A stretch of 64,000 nt of DNA from an uncultured Gammaproteobacteria bacterium (GTDB taxonomy: Bacteria > Patescibacteriota > Patescibacteriia > Magasanikbacterales > GWA2-37-8). Shown piece after piece: positions 36,651 to 47,200 of the stretch. The notes under the pieces were generated by a model. The model ran no database searches. It was not told where the DNA came from and was given only the letters and a program-made list of their open reading frames with translations. The stretch covers positions 70,512 to 134,511 of the forward strand of contig CAZEEW010000001.1 in NCBI GenBank assembly GCA_964511375.1, read 5' to 3'. The position numbers were made by a program, and so were the translations under genes. Numbering within the stretch: position 1 is the stretch's first letter; the number at the start of each line of letters is the position of its first letter.

Positions 36651-37739
36651 CTATTCTTCAGGAGGTAAGGGTACTTCTTCGTCGGTTGGTTCACCTGGGT
36701 TTCCTTCCTCTTCCTCTGGCGCCTCACCTCGTTCAACCACTTCCCATACCTTATCTCTGATTTCGTTTAATAGTTTTGGGTTATCCTTTAAATATTTTTT
36801 AGCAGTCTCGCGGCCAACACCTAATTTTTCTTCGCGGTAGTTATATGAATTTCCTTTTTTGTCTATTACTTTGTAAGTAACAGCGGTGTCTAATAAATCG
36901 CCCGACAATGAAATACCTTCATTGTACATGATATCAAATTCTGTTGTGCGGAATGGGGGCGCTACTTTGTTCTTTACTACTTTAATTTTTACGCGATTAC
37001 CAATTACTTTGTCACCCTGTTTAATCTGAGCAGCCCGGCGGATTTCAATGCGGATAGACGAATAGAATTTTAAAGCTACACCACCAGTTGTAGTTTCTGG
37101 GTTGCCAAAATATACGCCGATCTTCATACGAGTCTGGTTAATGAAGATCAAGACGGTTTTGGACTTACTAATAATCGCAGTCAGTTTACGGAGAGCCTGA
37201 CTCATGAGGCGAGCCTGTAAACCCATCTGCGCCTCGCCCATTTCTCCTTCAATTTCCGCCTTTGGCACCAGGGCCGCAACGGAGTCCACAACTACAACGT
37301 CAACAGCATTAGAGCGCACCAAAGTTTCTACGATTTCTAATGCCTGTTCACCGGTATCTGGCTGAGAAATTAAAAGTTCGTCAACCTTAATACCAATTTT
37401 ACGTGCATAATCTGGGTCAAAAGCGTGTTCGGCATCGACAAAAGCCGCAATGCCACCACGTTTTTGCACTTCCGCTACAACGTGCTGTGCTAAAGTTGTT
37501 TTACCACTAGCTTCTGGTCCATACACTTCAATAATACGACCACGTGGTACGCCTTTAACGCCAAGTGCTATGTCCAGGGACATGCAGCCAGTAGGTATTG
37601 ATTCTACCTGCATTGAAGCCTTGGCTTCGCCAAAAGTCATAATTGCCCCATCACCAAAGCGGCTCTTGATCTGCTCGATCGCGCTTTCGGCTGCTTTCAG
37701 CTTGTTCTTTACCTCCTCGTTAACTGATCCTTTAGCCAT
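36651..37739 (-). CDS. recA: Recombinase RecA.
   Basis: It has Walker A ([10 protein letters not shown]) and the RecA L1/L2 regions. Confidence 0.95.
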   Translation of the reverse strand: MAKGSVNEEVKNKLKAAESAIEQIKSRFGDGAIMTFGEAKASMQVESIPTGCMSLDIALGVKGVPRGRIIEVYGPEASGKTTLAQHVVAEVQKRGGIAAFVDAEHAFDPDYARKIGIKVDELLISQPDTGEQALEIVETLVRSNAVDVVVVDSVAALVPKAEIEGEMGEAQMGLQARLMSQALRKLTAIISKSKTVLIFINQTRMKIGVYFGNPETTTGGVALKFYSSIRIEIRRAAQIKQGDKVIGNRVKIKVVKNKVAPPFRTTEFDIMYNEGISLSGDLLDTAVTYKVIDKKGNSYNYREEKLGVGRETAKKYLKDNPKLLNEIRDKVWEVVERGEAPEEEEGNPGEPTDEEVPLPPEE

Positions 37740-37764
37740 ACTAGAATAAAATTAAATACTTTTA

Positions 37765-38469
37765 TTAATTTGGTAATACGCTTATCTTTTCACCAGCGAC
37801 TGCTCCTGGCCTCGCAACGACGTGACGGGTCACAGTAGTGGTTTTGCCGTGCTTCTTTTTTACGGAAACAATAATTGTGTTAACACCGTTTTGTAAATCT
37901 AAATGTGTTTCAAATCTCCCCGCATCATTTACCCGAACCTCCTGTCCGTTAATTGTTAAAGCTGTTTCCTTTTCTGTCTCCCCTTGGATGAACGCAGAAA
38001 GCGTATTCGCGATCATACCTTCTTCTGGCGAGTAAAGAACCAGCTCGGGTGGCTCAATTACCCCTTTAACTTGCCAAGCTAGGTAGCCAAGGAAGATAAA
38101 AATAAAAACCCCAGCGACAACATAACGGAGTGTTAAAGAGAAGAAGTTAAAGCGAGAATTACGAATAGTTTGGTGTGGATGGATAGTTCGGATGTCTTTT
38201 AGACCACCTTCATTCTTAAAATCTCTGGTCAAAGATTTCGGATCAAGCCCAACCGCTTTAGCATAACCTTTAATATATGCTAGTCGGTAGGCAACGGCCT
38301 GAGGTAGACGATGGTACTCACAATCCTCAATCATCAGCAAGTGATTCTTGGCGATTAAAGAATTGCGTGAGATATTATCCAAATCCAAACCAATGCGAAT
38401 TCGAGCTTCTTTTAACTCTTCGCCAACGCGCTTTGTTTTCGCTATCTTTTTGTAGCAAAACATTGTCAT
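37765..38469 (-). CDS. HTH-domain membrane protein, RodZ-like.
   Basis: It has an N-terminal XRE-like HTH, a single transmembrane helix and a C-terminal beta domain. Confidence 0.5.
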   Translation of the reverse strand: MTMFCYKKIAKTKRVGEELKEARIRIGLDLDNISRNSLIAKNHLLMIEDCEYHRLPQAVAYRLAYIKGYAKAVGLDPKSLTRDFKNEGGLKDIRTIHPHQTIRNSRFNFFSLTLRYVVAGVFIFIFLGYLAWQVKGVIEPPELVLYSPEEGMIANTLSAFIQGETEKETALTINGQEVRVNDAGRFETHLDLQNGVNTIIVSVKKKHGKTTTVTRHVVARPGAVAGEKISVLPN

Positions 38470-38472
38470 AAT

Positions 38473-40785
38473 CTACTCTTTAAACACTGTTCCGCCAGCG
38501 TCCATAGTTTGTTCATCCTCGCTCAGCTCTCCTTCTGGTTCTGGCATTAGGTGTTCACTGAAAACTTCTCTAGGTTTAGCGCCATCAGCAGGTCCTACTA
38601 TACCAGCTTCCTCTAATTCGTCAAGCAGTCTGGCCGCCCGGGCATAGCCCACTTTCATGCGGCGTTGTAATAACGAAGCACTGGCTTTGCCAGACTCCAT
38701 AACCACTCGCTTTGCTTCGTCAAAAAGCGGATCTTGGTCGTCACTTCCACCGCCAAACATATTCATCGTTCCGCCAGAAACCCCGCCGCCCTTACTAACA
38801 ATTGATTCGTTGTAATTTGGTTCAGCGTTCCCCTTCAGGAATTCAACAATCCGCTTCATTTCCTCTTCAGAAACATAGGCACCCTGGATACGTTTTGGTT
38901 TGGAGAGTTCAGCTGTTAAGAACAACATGTCGCCTCGTCCTAAAAGTTTCTCTGCACCAGGACAATCTAAGATGGTACGGGAATCGATAAGCGAAGCAAC
39001 CGAGAAAGCAATGCGAGCTGGGATGTTTGCTTTCATAAGACCGGTAATAACTTCCACACTTGGGCGTTGGGTAGCGACAATTAAGTGAATACCAACTGCC
39101 CGGGCCATCTGGGCAATGCGGATGATGCCAGCTTCCACTTCACTGGCAGCCATGGCCATAAGATCAGCGAGCTCATCAATAACGAAAACAATGTAAGGCA
39201 TTTTTTCAGTGGCTGTCTTGTTGTAAGATTGGATGTCGCGTTTTCCTGCTTGAGCGAGAACATCAAAACGGCGTTCCATTTCACCAATTGTCCATTTCAA
39301 AGCATTTACAGTTTTACTTGGGTCAGTGATAACTGGAGTCAAAAGGTGCGGAATGCCGTTATACAAAGTTAATTCGACTCTTTTTGGATCAACCATAATA
39401 AGCCGTAAGGTTTCTGGTGTGTTTTGGTATAGCAAGCTTAACAAAATGGTATTAATACAAACTGTTTTACCAGAACCAGTTGTACCAGCAATGAGTAGAT
39501 GTGGCATTTTAGCTAATTTTCCAAACCAGACTTTGCCAGCTACATCCTTACCTAACGCGATTTGCAAGCTGTCGTCACGTTCTTTAAATTCCGGGGCTTC
39601 TAACAACTCACGCAAAGTAACCATGGCCACTTTTTGGTTGGGGACCTCAATACCAACCAAAGATTGACCAGGAATTGGCGCCTCAATACGAATAGGGTGA
39701 GCAGCCATAGCCAAAGCCAGATCGTTACTTAAAGCTAAGATGCGAGTCAGTTTAATACCTTTGGCTGGCTTTAGTGAATATTGTGTAACAGTCGGACCAA
39801 CACGGACTTCGCCCATGTCTACCTCAATACCAAAGTTTTGCAAGGTATCTTTAATCACCTCGGCATTGCTTTTAATATCACCTGATGATGGTTTGCTTTT
39901 CGAAGTAAAGAGCAGGTTTGTGTCAGGTAAGGCAAAAGAACTGTAATCTGGTAGTGGTAGTTCTTCAATTTCTTCCTTATTAGTTGTTTCCTCGGTTTCT
40001 TCATCTGCTTCAGCCGAATTGCGTTCTAAGGATTTGCGTTCAAAAGCGCGTTTTTCTTCCTCTTCTTCTAGATTAACAGTTTCCCACTCTTCTTCGTTTT
40101 CTTCGCTCGGTGTTTCTTGGTAATCCCCCTTAATTTTGAATTCAACCTTCTTCTCTTTTTTGAATGAACCGAAGAAGTTTAGTAATTGTTGACCAATAAA
40201 ACCCATCATTAAGAAAAATTTCTTGTTTAAAAGCACTAACTGAGCTAAGGAAGTGTTGAAAAGGAAAATGACAGAAACAAGTAAAAGAGCGATAAAAATT
40301 ACTAGACTACCCCAATAACCGAGATAGGTACCAAGCGGCCAAGCCAACGCCAGGCCAAACAAACCACCGCCATAGCCTTGCATGGCTAGGCTAACCATTT
40401 CCTCAACTGGTTTTTGGATATGGACAAGACCATTAAAGCTTAAAAAGAAAAGTAAAGAGCCAAAAAAGTGGGTTGGCCGGTATTCGTAGCTTAAGTCTTT
40501 AATAATTAAACCAGCCACAATGGCTAGAATGATCGGGAAAACGTACCTAACTTGACCAAAGACAATAGCCAGCAAGGAGTCAATAAAGTGGCCAGCAATA
40601 CCAGCCAGATTAAAGAAACTAAGAATGGACAGGCCGGCTATGACGAAGAGGAAAATAGATAAAAGACCCCTGCCAATTTCAGGGTTCAGATTAATTCGCT
40701 CATGCAAAGGTGGCCGTCCGCGACGTGGTCGTGACATAATTATTTTTGTTACGAATATTATACCACAGAGGAGAAAAGCGAACAA
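38473..40785 (-). CDS. ftsK: DNA translocase FtsK/SpoIIIE.
   Basis: It has N-terminal transmembrane helices, an acidic linker, the motor with Walker A (GTTGSGKT) and a C-terminal gamma (wHTH) domain. Confidence 0.9.
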   Translation of the reverse strand: MFAFLLCGIIFVTKIIMSRPRRGRPPLHERINLNPEIGRGLLSIFLFVIAGLSILSFFNLAGIAGHFIDSLLAIVFGQVRYVFPIILAIVAGLIIKDLSYEYRPTHFFGSLLFFLSFNGLVHIQKPVEEMVSLAMQGYGGGLFGLALAWPLGTYLGYWGSLVIFIALLLVSVIFLFNTSLAQLVLLNKKFFLMMGFIGQQLLNFFGSFKKEKKVEFKIKGDYQETPSEENEEEWETVNLEEEEEKRAFERKSLERNSAEADEETEETTNKEEIEELPLPDYSSFALPDTNLLFTSKSKPSSGDIKSNAEVIKDTLQNFGIEVDMGEVRVGPTVTQYSLKPAKGIKLTRILALSNDLALAMAAHPIRIEAPIPGQSLVGIEVPNQKVAMVTLRELLEAPEFKERDDSLQIALGKDVAGKVWFGKLAKMPHLLIAGTTGSGKTVCINTILLSLLYQNTPETLRLIMVDPKRVELTLYNGIPHLLTPVITDPSKTVNALKWTIGEMERRFDVLAQAGKRDIQSYNKTATEKMPYIVFVIDELADLMAMAASEVEAGIIRIAQMARAVGIHLIVATQRPSVEVITGLMKANIPARIAFSVASLIDSRTILDCPGAEKLLGRGDMLFLTAELSKPKRIQGAYVSEEEMKRIVEFLKGNAEPNYNESIVSKGGGVSGGTMNMFGGGSDDQDPLFDEAKRVVMESGKASASLLQRRMKVGYARAARLLDELEEAGIVGPADGAKPREVFSEHLMPEPEGELSEDEQTMDAGGTVFKE

Positions 40786-40853
40786 ATAACGTGGGGCTTG
40801 GTCTTGCTAAAACAAGCGAACTCAGGTATACTGACTGGTCAGGAATATGGAAT

Positions 40854-41318
40854 ATGACACTGCCTTATTACAAACAAGAGACAAATTATACCTGTGGACC
40901 AGCTAGTTTGCGAATGGTCATGGCTTATTTGGGTTATAGCTATGAAGAGTCGGAACTTCGAAAAATGCTAAAGACTACCAAGGTTTGGGGTACTTTGCAC
41001 AAAAATATAGTTAAGGCTGCTGAAAAACATAAACTCAGTTACGTTGTTAAGCGAAATACCAGTATCGAGGAATTAAAAAAGTCGTTGAAAAAGAAAAAGG
41101 TCGCCATTGTCTGTTATATGATTCCGCAAGGTAATATTTATCACTATGCAGTGGTTCGGAAAATCGGTTCTAAATACATTTATCTTCATGACCCTTATCT
41201 CGGGCCAGACTGCAAATATCTAATTGAGGATTTTATAGAAGTTTGGAAAAGTGACCCTAAGCACGAGGGGGATGAAAGATGGTTTTTCGCCATTGAAACA
41301 AAAGGTCATATAAATTAA
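40854..41318 (+). CDS. Standalone papain-like peptidase C39-like domain protein.
   Basis: It has the catalytic Cys motif NYTCGPASLRM and a His/Asp region (YHYAVV...LHDPY). I took the start as the internal Met because the ORF at 40746 overlaps ftsK. Confidence 0.5.
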   Translation: MTLPYYKQETNYTCGPASLRMVMAYLGYSYEESELRKMLKTTKVWGTLHKNIVKAAEKHKLSYVVKRNTSIEELKKSLKKKKVAIVCYMIPQGNIYHYAVVRKIGSKYIYLHDPYLGPDCKYLIEDFIEVWKSDPKHEGDERWFFAIETKGHIN

Positions 41319-41351
41319 AACCGCTCTGTAAGCTACACAGGCGGTTTTTTA
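41319..41351 (+). terminator. Terminator after the C39-like gene.
   Basis: The hairpin is AAACCGC...GCGGTTT, followed by TTTTT. Confidence 0.55.
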
Positions 41352-41413
41352 GTTGTCTTGACCAGTATACATGTTGAGGCTATTATTAATTAATAAAATA
41401 ATTAAATAAGATT

Positions 41414-41833
41414 ATGCGTATAGGTATAATTGGGTCAATGCAGTTTACGGAAAAGATGTTAGAAGTAAGGGAGGCTTTAGTTGATTTAGGACACGATGCT
41501 TACGTGACAAGTTATGCCGTGGGTTTTGTTGGTAAAACAGACGAAGAAAAAGAAGTTTTAAAAATTGAACAGAAGATGGACAAAAACGAAGATGTAATCA
41601 AGGAATATTGGGACCTGATGCAAGGTGGCGATGTGGTTTTGGTTTTAAATTTGGATAAACACGGTATAAAAAATTACGTGGGAGGAAACACGCTTATGGA
41701 AATAGGGTTTGCGCACGTGCTCGGACAAAAAATATTTATGTGGAATCCTATTCCTGAACAGCCGTACTGTAAACACGAGATCGAGTCGGCTCATCCGACA
41801 ATTATTAATGGCGATTTATCTTTAATAAAATAA
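41414..41833 (+). CDS. Nucleoside 2-deoxyribosyltransferase-like protein, the second paralog.
   Basis: It is 139 aa with the N-terminus MRIGIIGSMQF, typical of the NDT/Rcl fold. Confidence 0.45.
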   Translation: MRIGIIGSMQFTEKMLEVREALVDLGHDAYVTSYAVGFVGKTDEEKEVLKIEQKMDKNEDVIKEYWDLMQGGDVVLVLNLDKHGIKNYVGGNTLMEIGFAHVLGQKIFMWNPIPEQPYCKHEIESAHPTIINGDLSLIK

Positions 41834-41834
41834 T

Positions 41835-42320
41835 ATGGAGATAATGGATATTGTAGACGGTAAAGACGAAGTCGTGGGTCAAGTAGATAAGGAAGACGTT
41901 TACAAAAAATTATTATGCCATCGTATAGTTCATGTACTAATTTTTAATGATGAGGGAAAAATGGCGCTGCAACTTCGCCACCCTAATCTTTCTTTTGCCC
42001 CAAATCATTGGTCGACCACAGTCGGTGGTCATGTCCAAAGTGGTGAAAGCTATGAAGAAGCGGCGAAACGTGAAATGATGGAAGAGATCGGGATTGAATT
42101 ACCGTTAGAATATTTTTCTAAAGATTTTTACCAAGTACCAGGGAGACCAGATAAATTTTTTGTTAGTTATAAAGCAAAATATGAGGGGCCTTTCCAACTG
42201 GAGGAAGGAGCAGTAGTAAAAGTTGACTATTTCACCATCGATCAAATTAAGAGCATGATTGATCAAGGTGAAAAATTTCATCCTGAACTTTTGTATCTTC
42301 TCAAGAAATACTTTTTGTAA
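41835..42320 (+). CDS. NUDIX hydrolase.
   Basis: The Nudix box is GGHVQSGESYEEAAKREMMEEIGIEL. Confidence 0.75.
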   Translation: MEIMDIVDGKDEVVGQVDKEDVYKKLLCHRIVHVLIFNDEGKMALQLRHPNLSFAPNHWSTTVGGHVQSGESYEEAAKREMMEEIGIELPLEYFSKDFYQVPGRPDKFFVSYKAKYEGPFQLEEGAVVKVDYFTIDQIKSMIDQGEKFHPELLYLLKKYFL

Positions 42321-42325
42321 AAATA

Positions 42326-42352
42326 AACCCTCGACATAATCGAGGGTTTTTC
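42326..42352 (+). terminator. Rho-independent terminator.
   Basis: The hairpin is ACCCTCGA-cataa-TCGAGGGT, followed by TTTTT. Confidence 0.7.
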
Positions 42353-42630
42353 TTTCCACTAAGCTGCGTAAAGAGTTGCATGTTTTAATCACGAGTCGAA
42401 TCTAAAAAACTTCGACTATAAACAAAATAATGTTTACAGAGGAGAGAGAATTGCTTTTTATAATCCGATCCGGTTGAGACATCAACTCCACCGCAGCTCA
42501 TTGGAAAGAAAGTGAGAATATTGTAAAGTCAAATACACCTAGTGTCAAGTGTGGATAGGTATATAGGTAGGTTGTTGTTGAAAACAGATTAAGGTATACT
42601 ATATTTTGTCTATTATTTAAATTTCGGAAT

Positions 42631-43908
42631 ATGGCTGAAAGAAGTCGGGAAGTAAAAAAATATGACCGTTCGTTTTTTGATGAGCAAATCCTCAAAGCTA
42701 ATGAGGTGAGTCTTTTAGAATTATTAAGACGCGGCAACCCTGAACAAGGAGTTTTCGGTGCAGACATAGAAATGATAGAGAGAGCTATTTATGATAAGGA
42801 ATTTCGTAAAAAATTGGTGGGGCTAAACATAAAAGTAGGTTCTGATTTTGTGCCCTTATCAACCGCCAGTCGAGAGCAATTAAAAGAAGCAAAGCTTGCT
42901 CGAGTGGGGCTTTTACTAAATAAATTAGTAGAAATTGATTTAGAGAATTTGGTTTTTTTACCACCAGAAGAGCAACAGTTTTTGATCGGCTTAAAACAGA
43001 GAGCGATAAAAGGAGAAAAAATTTTGGTGAGAGAAATTATGGATTTTTTTCAAATGCACCAGCTTAATCACGAAAAAATGTCTGAAACCCAGCAACAAAG
43101 AATAGAAAAACATGCCGAGGTATTTAGTTCGCTAAGCCAAAAATTTTTGGAGCACATTGGAATGGATAGTGAAAGAGCTGCAGAAATTGTTAGTAGACTG
43201 AAAAGAGTAAGGCTGCAAGTTAAAGATCGATTAAGCTTGTTGGCTTATACACCACCAGGGAGAAAATTAGAAGAGGCCATGAATGTGGGCGGAAATTTCG
43301 ATCCTGTCCTACAAATAATATCTATTTTTCCACCCAAGTACTCGGGTTCGAGAGAGGATGCTTACGTTGGGATGGCTGTGCCTCATGAATTTTTTCACAG
43401 CGCTTCTGGTATAGCTATTAAAGAAGGACCGCTCACTTCTAGCGAAGATGGCATTAGAATCATGAAAGCTGGGATGGGTTTTGCGCTTGGCAACGGCAGA
43501 ATGTTATCGGGGCTTAATGAAGGATATACACAAATTTTAACCAAAAAATATCTGGAGTTTTTGCAAATTGAAAGACCGGAAAGCTTGACGGCAGAAGACG
43601 TTCAAGCTTCTGCCCGGATCGCTGATGATGTTTATCCAGAGGAAGCTAAATTGGTAAGAAAAATTATTGAGGCTTTAGATTTAAGAGACCCTAGTTGTGG
43701 CGCTTTTGAATTGTTTCGCAACGCTTATTTTGAAGATCTACAGACTTCTGCATCTAAGTCTGGATTTCCTGCTACTCAAGAATTAAATCGTACTTTGTAT
43801 AAGTTTTTTGGGAGGGGCTTCTTGCTCGCGATTGAAAAAATGCTCCGGAAAGGGGATATTTCCCGAGCATTGGATTTTATAGAAAGCAAATCTTCTGGAG
43901 CTGTCTAG
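42631..43908 (+). CDS. Hypothetical protein with an HExxH motif (putative metallopeptidase-like).
   Basis: It is 425 aa. It carries HEFFH in the context AVPHEFFHSASG. It has no signal peptide. Confidence 0.45.
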   Translation: MAERSREVKKYDRSFFDEQILKANEVSLLELLRRGNPEQGVFGADIEMIERAIYDKEFRKKLVGLNIKVGSDFVPLSTASREQLKEAKLARVGLLLNKLVEIDLENLVFLPPEEQQFLIGLKQRAIKGEKILVREIMDFFQMHQLNHEKMSETQQQRIEKHAEVFSSLSQKFLEHIGMDSERAAEIVSRLKRVRLQVKDRLSLLAYTPPGRKLEEAMNVGGNFDPVLQIISIFPPKYSGSREDAYVGMAVPHEFFHSASGIAIKEGPLTSSEDGIRIMKAGMGFALGNGRMLSGLNEGYTQILTKKYLEFLQIERPESLTAEDVQASARIADDVYPEEAKLVRKIIEALDLRDPSCGAFELFRNAYFEDLQTSASKSGFPATQELNRTLYKFFGRGFLLAIEKMLRKGDISRALDFIESKSSGAV

Positions 43909-43958
43909 TTTGATTAAATGAGAATTTTTGTTCCAGTCACTTATCCACTGTTTTCAGG

Positions 43959-43987
43959 TTGACAAATCACTTGACTTTTTGTATTAT
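43959..43987 (+). promoter_or_regulatory. Sigma70-like promoter upstream of rpoB.
   Basis: The elements are TTGACA, a 17-nt spacer and TATTAT. Confidence 0.5.
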
Positions 43988-44252
43988 TCTAGTACTTTGA
44001 AAACCATAGGCGTAAACAACCATTTTTTGGCTAAATATAGCTAAAAGTTCGGTTGCGTCCAACCTCGCTTAGCGCAAGGTTTTACAAACATCGAGAATAA
44101 ATAGATGCGTACCTTGCTTTTTTTGGCTCAACTGTAAGAAAAATTGATTAAGCCCAATGCACCAGCGGCCTTTTTTGGTTTGTGGCTTTTGCCTGCTTTT
44201 TTAACAAAAAATAACCTTTTTTAAACTAAAATAACTTTAAAACGCTAAGCTT

Positions 44253-47200
44253 ATGTCCATCTACAAGCACAAGCCAGTTTCTTCTGCCCCTCGTCGTTTC
44301 TTCAACGGCCGAGAGGGTGTTATGCCGTTACCAGACCTAATTGAGCTCCAAAAGGACTCCTATGGTTGGTTTTTAAAGTTCGGTGTTAAAGAGCTTTTTG
44401 AAGAGGTTTCCCCAATCACAGACTTTACCGGTCGGGACCTTGAGTTATATCTCGAAGATTATTATTTAGATGAGCCTCGTTTTGATGAGGTGGTCTGTCG
44501 TACTCGTAACATCACTTTCGAAGCCCCGCTTCGTATTACTGCTCGCTTGGTAAACAAAAGGACTGGTCAGTCTAAGTCACAAGAAATTTATTTGGGTGAA
44601 ATCCCGGTCATGACTAACCGTGGTACTTTCATTGTTAATGGTATTGAACGTGTCGTAGTTTCTCAGCTGATTCGTAGCGCCGGTGCTTTCTTTACGGCGG
44701 AAAATGTTCGTGGTCGTCGATTCTATGGCGCGAAGATCATCCCAAACCGCGGTGCTTGGATCGAAGTGGAAACTGACATGAACAATGTGCTTTGGGTAAA
44801 AGTAGATCGCAAACGTAAAGTTGCCGCCACTTCTATTCTCCGGGCTTTTGGCTATGAGAACGATGACGAGATTAAGAAATTGTTCGAGGATGTTAATACT
44901 AACCCACACATCGATTACGTCGATGCCACGATTAAGAAAGATTTAGCCAAGAACCGCGATGAAGGTTTAATTGAAGTTTACAAAAGAATTCGTCCTGGTG
45001 ATTTAGCCACTGCTGACAACGCTAAGAGTTTAATCGAAGCCATGTTCTTTAACTTCGAGCGCTATGATCTTGGTCGCGTTGGTGTTTACAAATTCAATAC
45101 CAAGTTTGATCTCGGTTATACCGAAGGAGATTTTGATCAAAAAGATAATCGTGTTTTAAGTCCAGAAAAATTATTACTAGTTTTAAAAGAAGTTGTTCGC
45201 TTAAACGTTACTCAAGAAGAACCAGATGATGTTGATCACTTAGGTAACCGCCGTGTTCGATCAGTTGGTGAATTAGTACAAAACAGATTTCGTATCGGTT
45301 TAGCTAGAATGGAACGTATCATCAAAGATCGCATGAGTACTTATGATGTTGAGCAACTAAGTCCAAATAAACTTATCAACGCTCGTCCAGTGACTTCAGC
45401 CATCCGTGAATTTTTCATGAGTTCACAGTTGTCTCAGTTCATGGACCAAACCAATCCATTGTCTGAACTTGAGCATAAACGTCGTTTGTCCGCTCTTGGT
45501 CCAGGTGGTTTGTCTCGTGATCGCGCTGGCTTCGAAGTTCGTGACGTGCACACTACTCATTATGGTCGTATCTGTCCGATTGCTACTCCGGAAGGTCCAA
45601 ACATTGGTTTGGTTAACCATCTTTCAAGTTACGCTCGTATTAACGAATTTGGTTTTATTGAAACACCATACCGCAAAGTTTTACGTGAAGTAGAAAACGA
45701 TCCGAAACTTCTAGTGGGAGAAATTTTACGTGGTGATATTGAGGGTCTCAAAGATGGTACCAAGATTACTGAAGACGTTGCTAAAAAATTAGCAAAATCC
45801 AGTTTAAAACGTATTCCAGTAAAACCACGTTTAACAAATGAAATTGTTTATTTAAATTCCTTTAAGGAGGAGAAGGTCGTAACTGCCGCCGCCTCGACAA
45901 AAGTTGATGCTGACGGTTATTTTGTTGACGAAATGATTGCGGCTCGTGTTAACGGTAAGGCTGGTGTTGGCAGAAGTGAAGATGTTGAATATATTGACGT
46001 TGCCCCACACCAGATTGTGAGTATCGCAACAGCTTGTATTCCTTTCCTTGAACATGATGATGCGACTCGTGCTCTCATGGGTACAAACATGCAACGTCAG
46101 GCTGTTCCCTGTATTAATCCAGAACCACCATTGGTTGGTACTGGTGTTGAACGTGAAGCGGCTTTGTATACTGGCCACATTGTTGTCGCAGATGCTGATG
46201 GCGATATCACAGAAATGGATGGTAGTAAGATTGTCTTGACTACCAAGAAAGGTGAAAAGTTTACTTACAATTTAAATAAATTCGTTCGCTCTAACTCTTC
46301 AACCTGTATCAACCAACATCCTTGTGTGAATGTAGGTGACAAGGTGAAGAAGGGCGATGTTTTATCCGATGGTCCATCTGTCCGCGATGGTGAAATGGCT
46401 CTCGGAAGAAATGTTTTGGTTGGTTACATGGTCTGGGATGGTTTTAACTACGAAGACGCGGTTATCATTTCTGAACGCGTTGTGCAAAAAGATGCTTACA
46501 CTTCAATCCACATTGAAGACTACACCATTGATGTTCGTGAAACCAAACTTGGTCCAGAAGTTGTGACTTCTGACATTCCAAATGTTAGTGAAGAAAAATT
46601 AAAGAACCTAGATAGTGAAGGTATTGTACGTATTGGTGCAGAAGTAAAATCTGGCGATATCTTAGTTGGTAAGATTACACCAAAGGGTGAAACTGAACTA
46701 AGCGCGGAAGAAAGATTGCTTCGTGCCATCTTCGGTGAGAAAGCTCGTGACGTTCGTGACTCTTCTTTGTATCTTGAACATGGTGAGCATGGTAAAGTGA
46801 TTGGTATCCAAATCTTCTCTGCTGAAGCTGGTGACAAACTTGAACCAGGTGTTATTAAACAAGTTCAGGTTACAGTGGCTGACATGAGAAAAGTACAGGT
46901 TGGTGATAAAATGTCTGGTCGCCATGGTAACAAAGGTGTGATCTCCAAAGTCGTTCCGGTCGCTGACATGCCATTTATGGAAGATGGTACTCCATTAGAT
47001 ATTATTTTGTCCCCGCTTGGTGTTATCTCACGTATGAACTTGGGTCAGTTACTTGAAAACCACCTAGGTTTGGCGGCTAATGCTTTAGGCTACAAGGTTG
47101 CTACTCCAGTATTAGACGGCATGACCGAAGAACAAATTAAAGCCGAATTAAAGAAAGCTGGCTTGCCAGAAGGTGGCCAGGTTACTTTGTGTGATGGCCG

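Noticed and set aside
40746-40853. The 5' extension of the C39-like ORF overlapping the ftsK 5' end.
   Set aside because: It overlaps the ftsK coding start on the opposite strand by 40 bp. The internal Met at 40854 is preceded by an AGGAA SD-like sequence.
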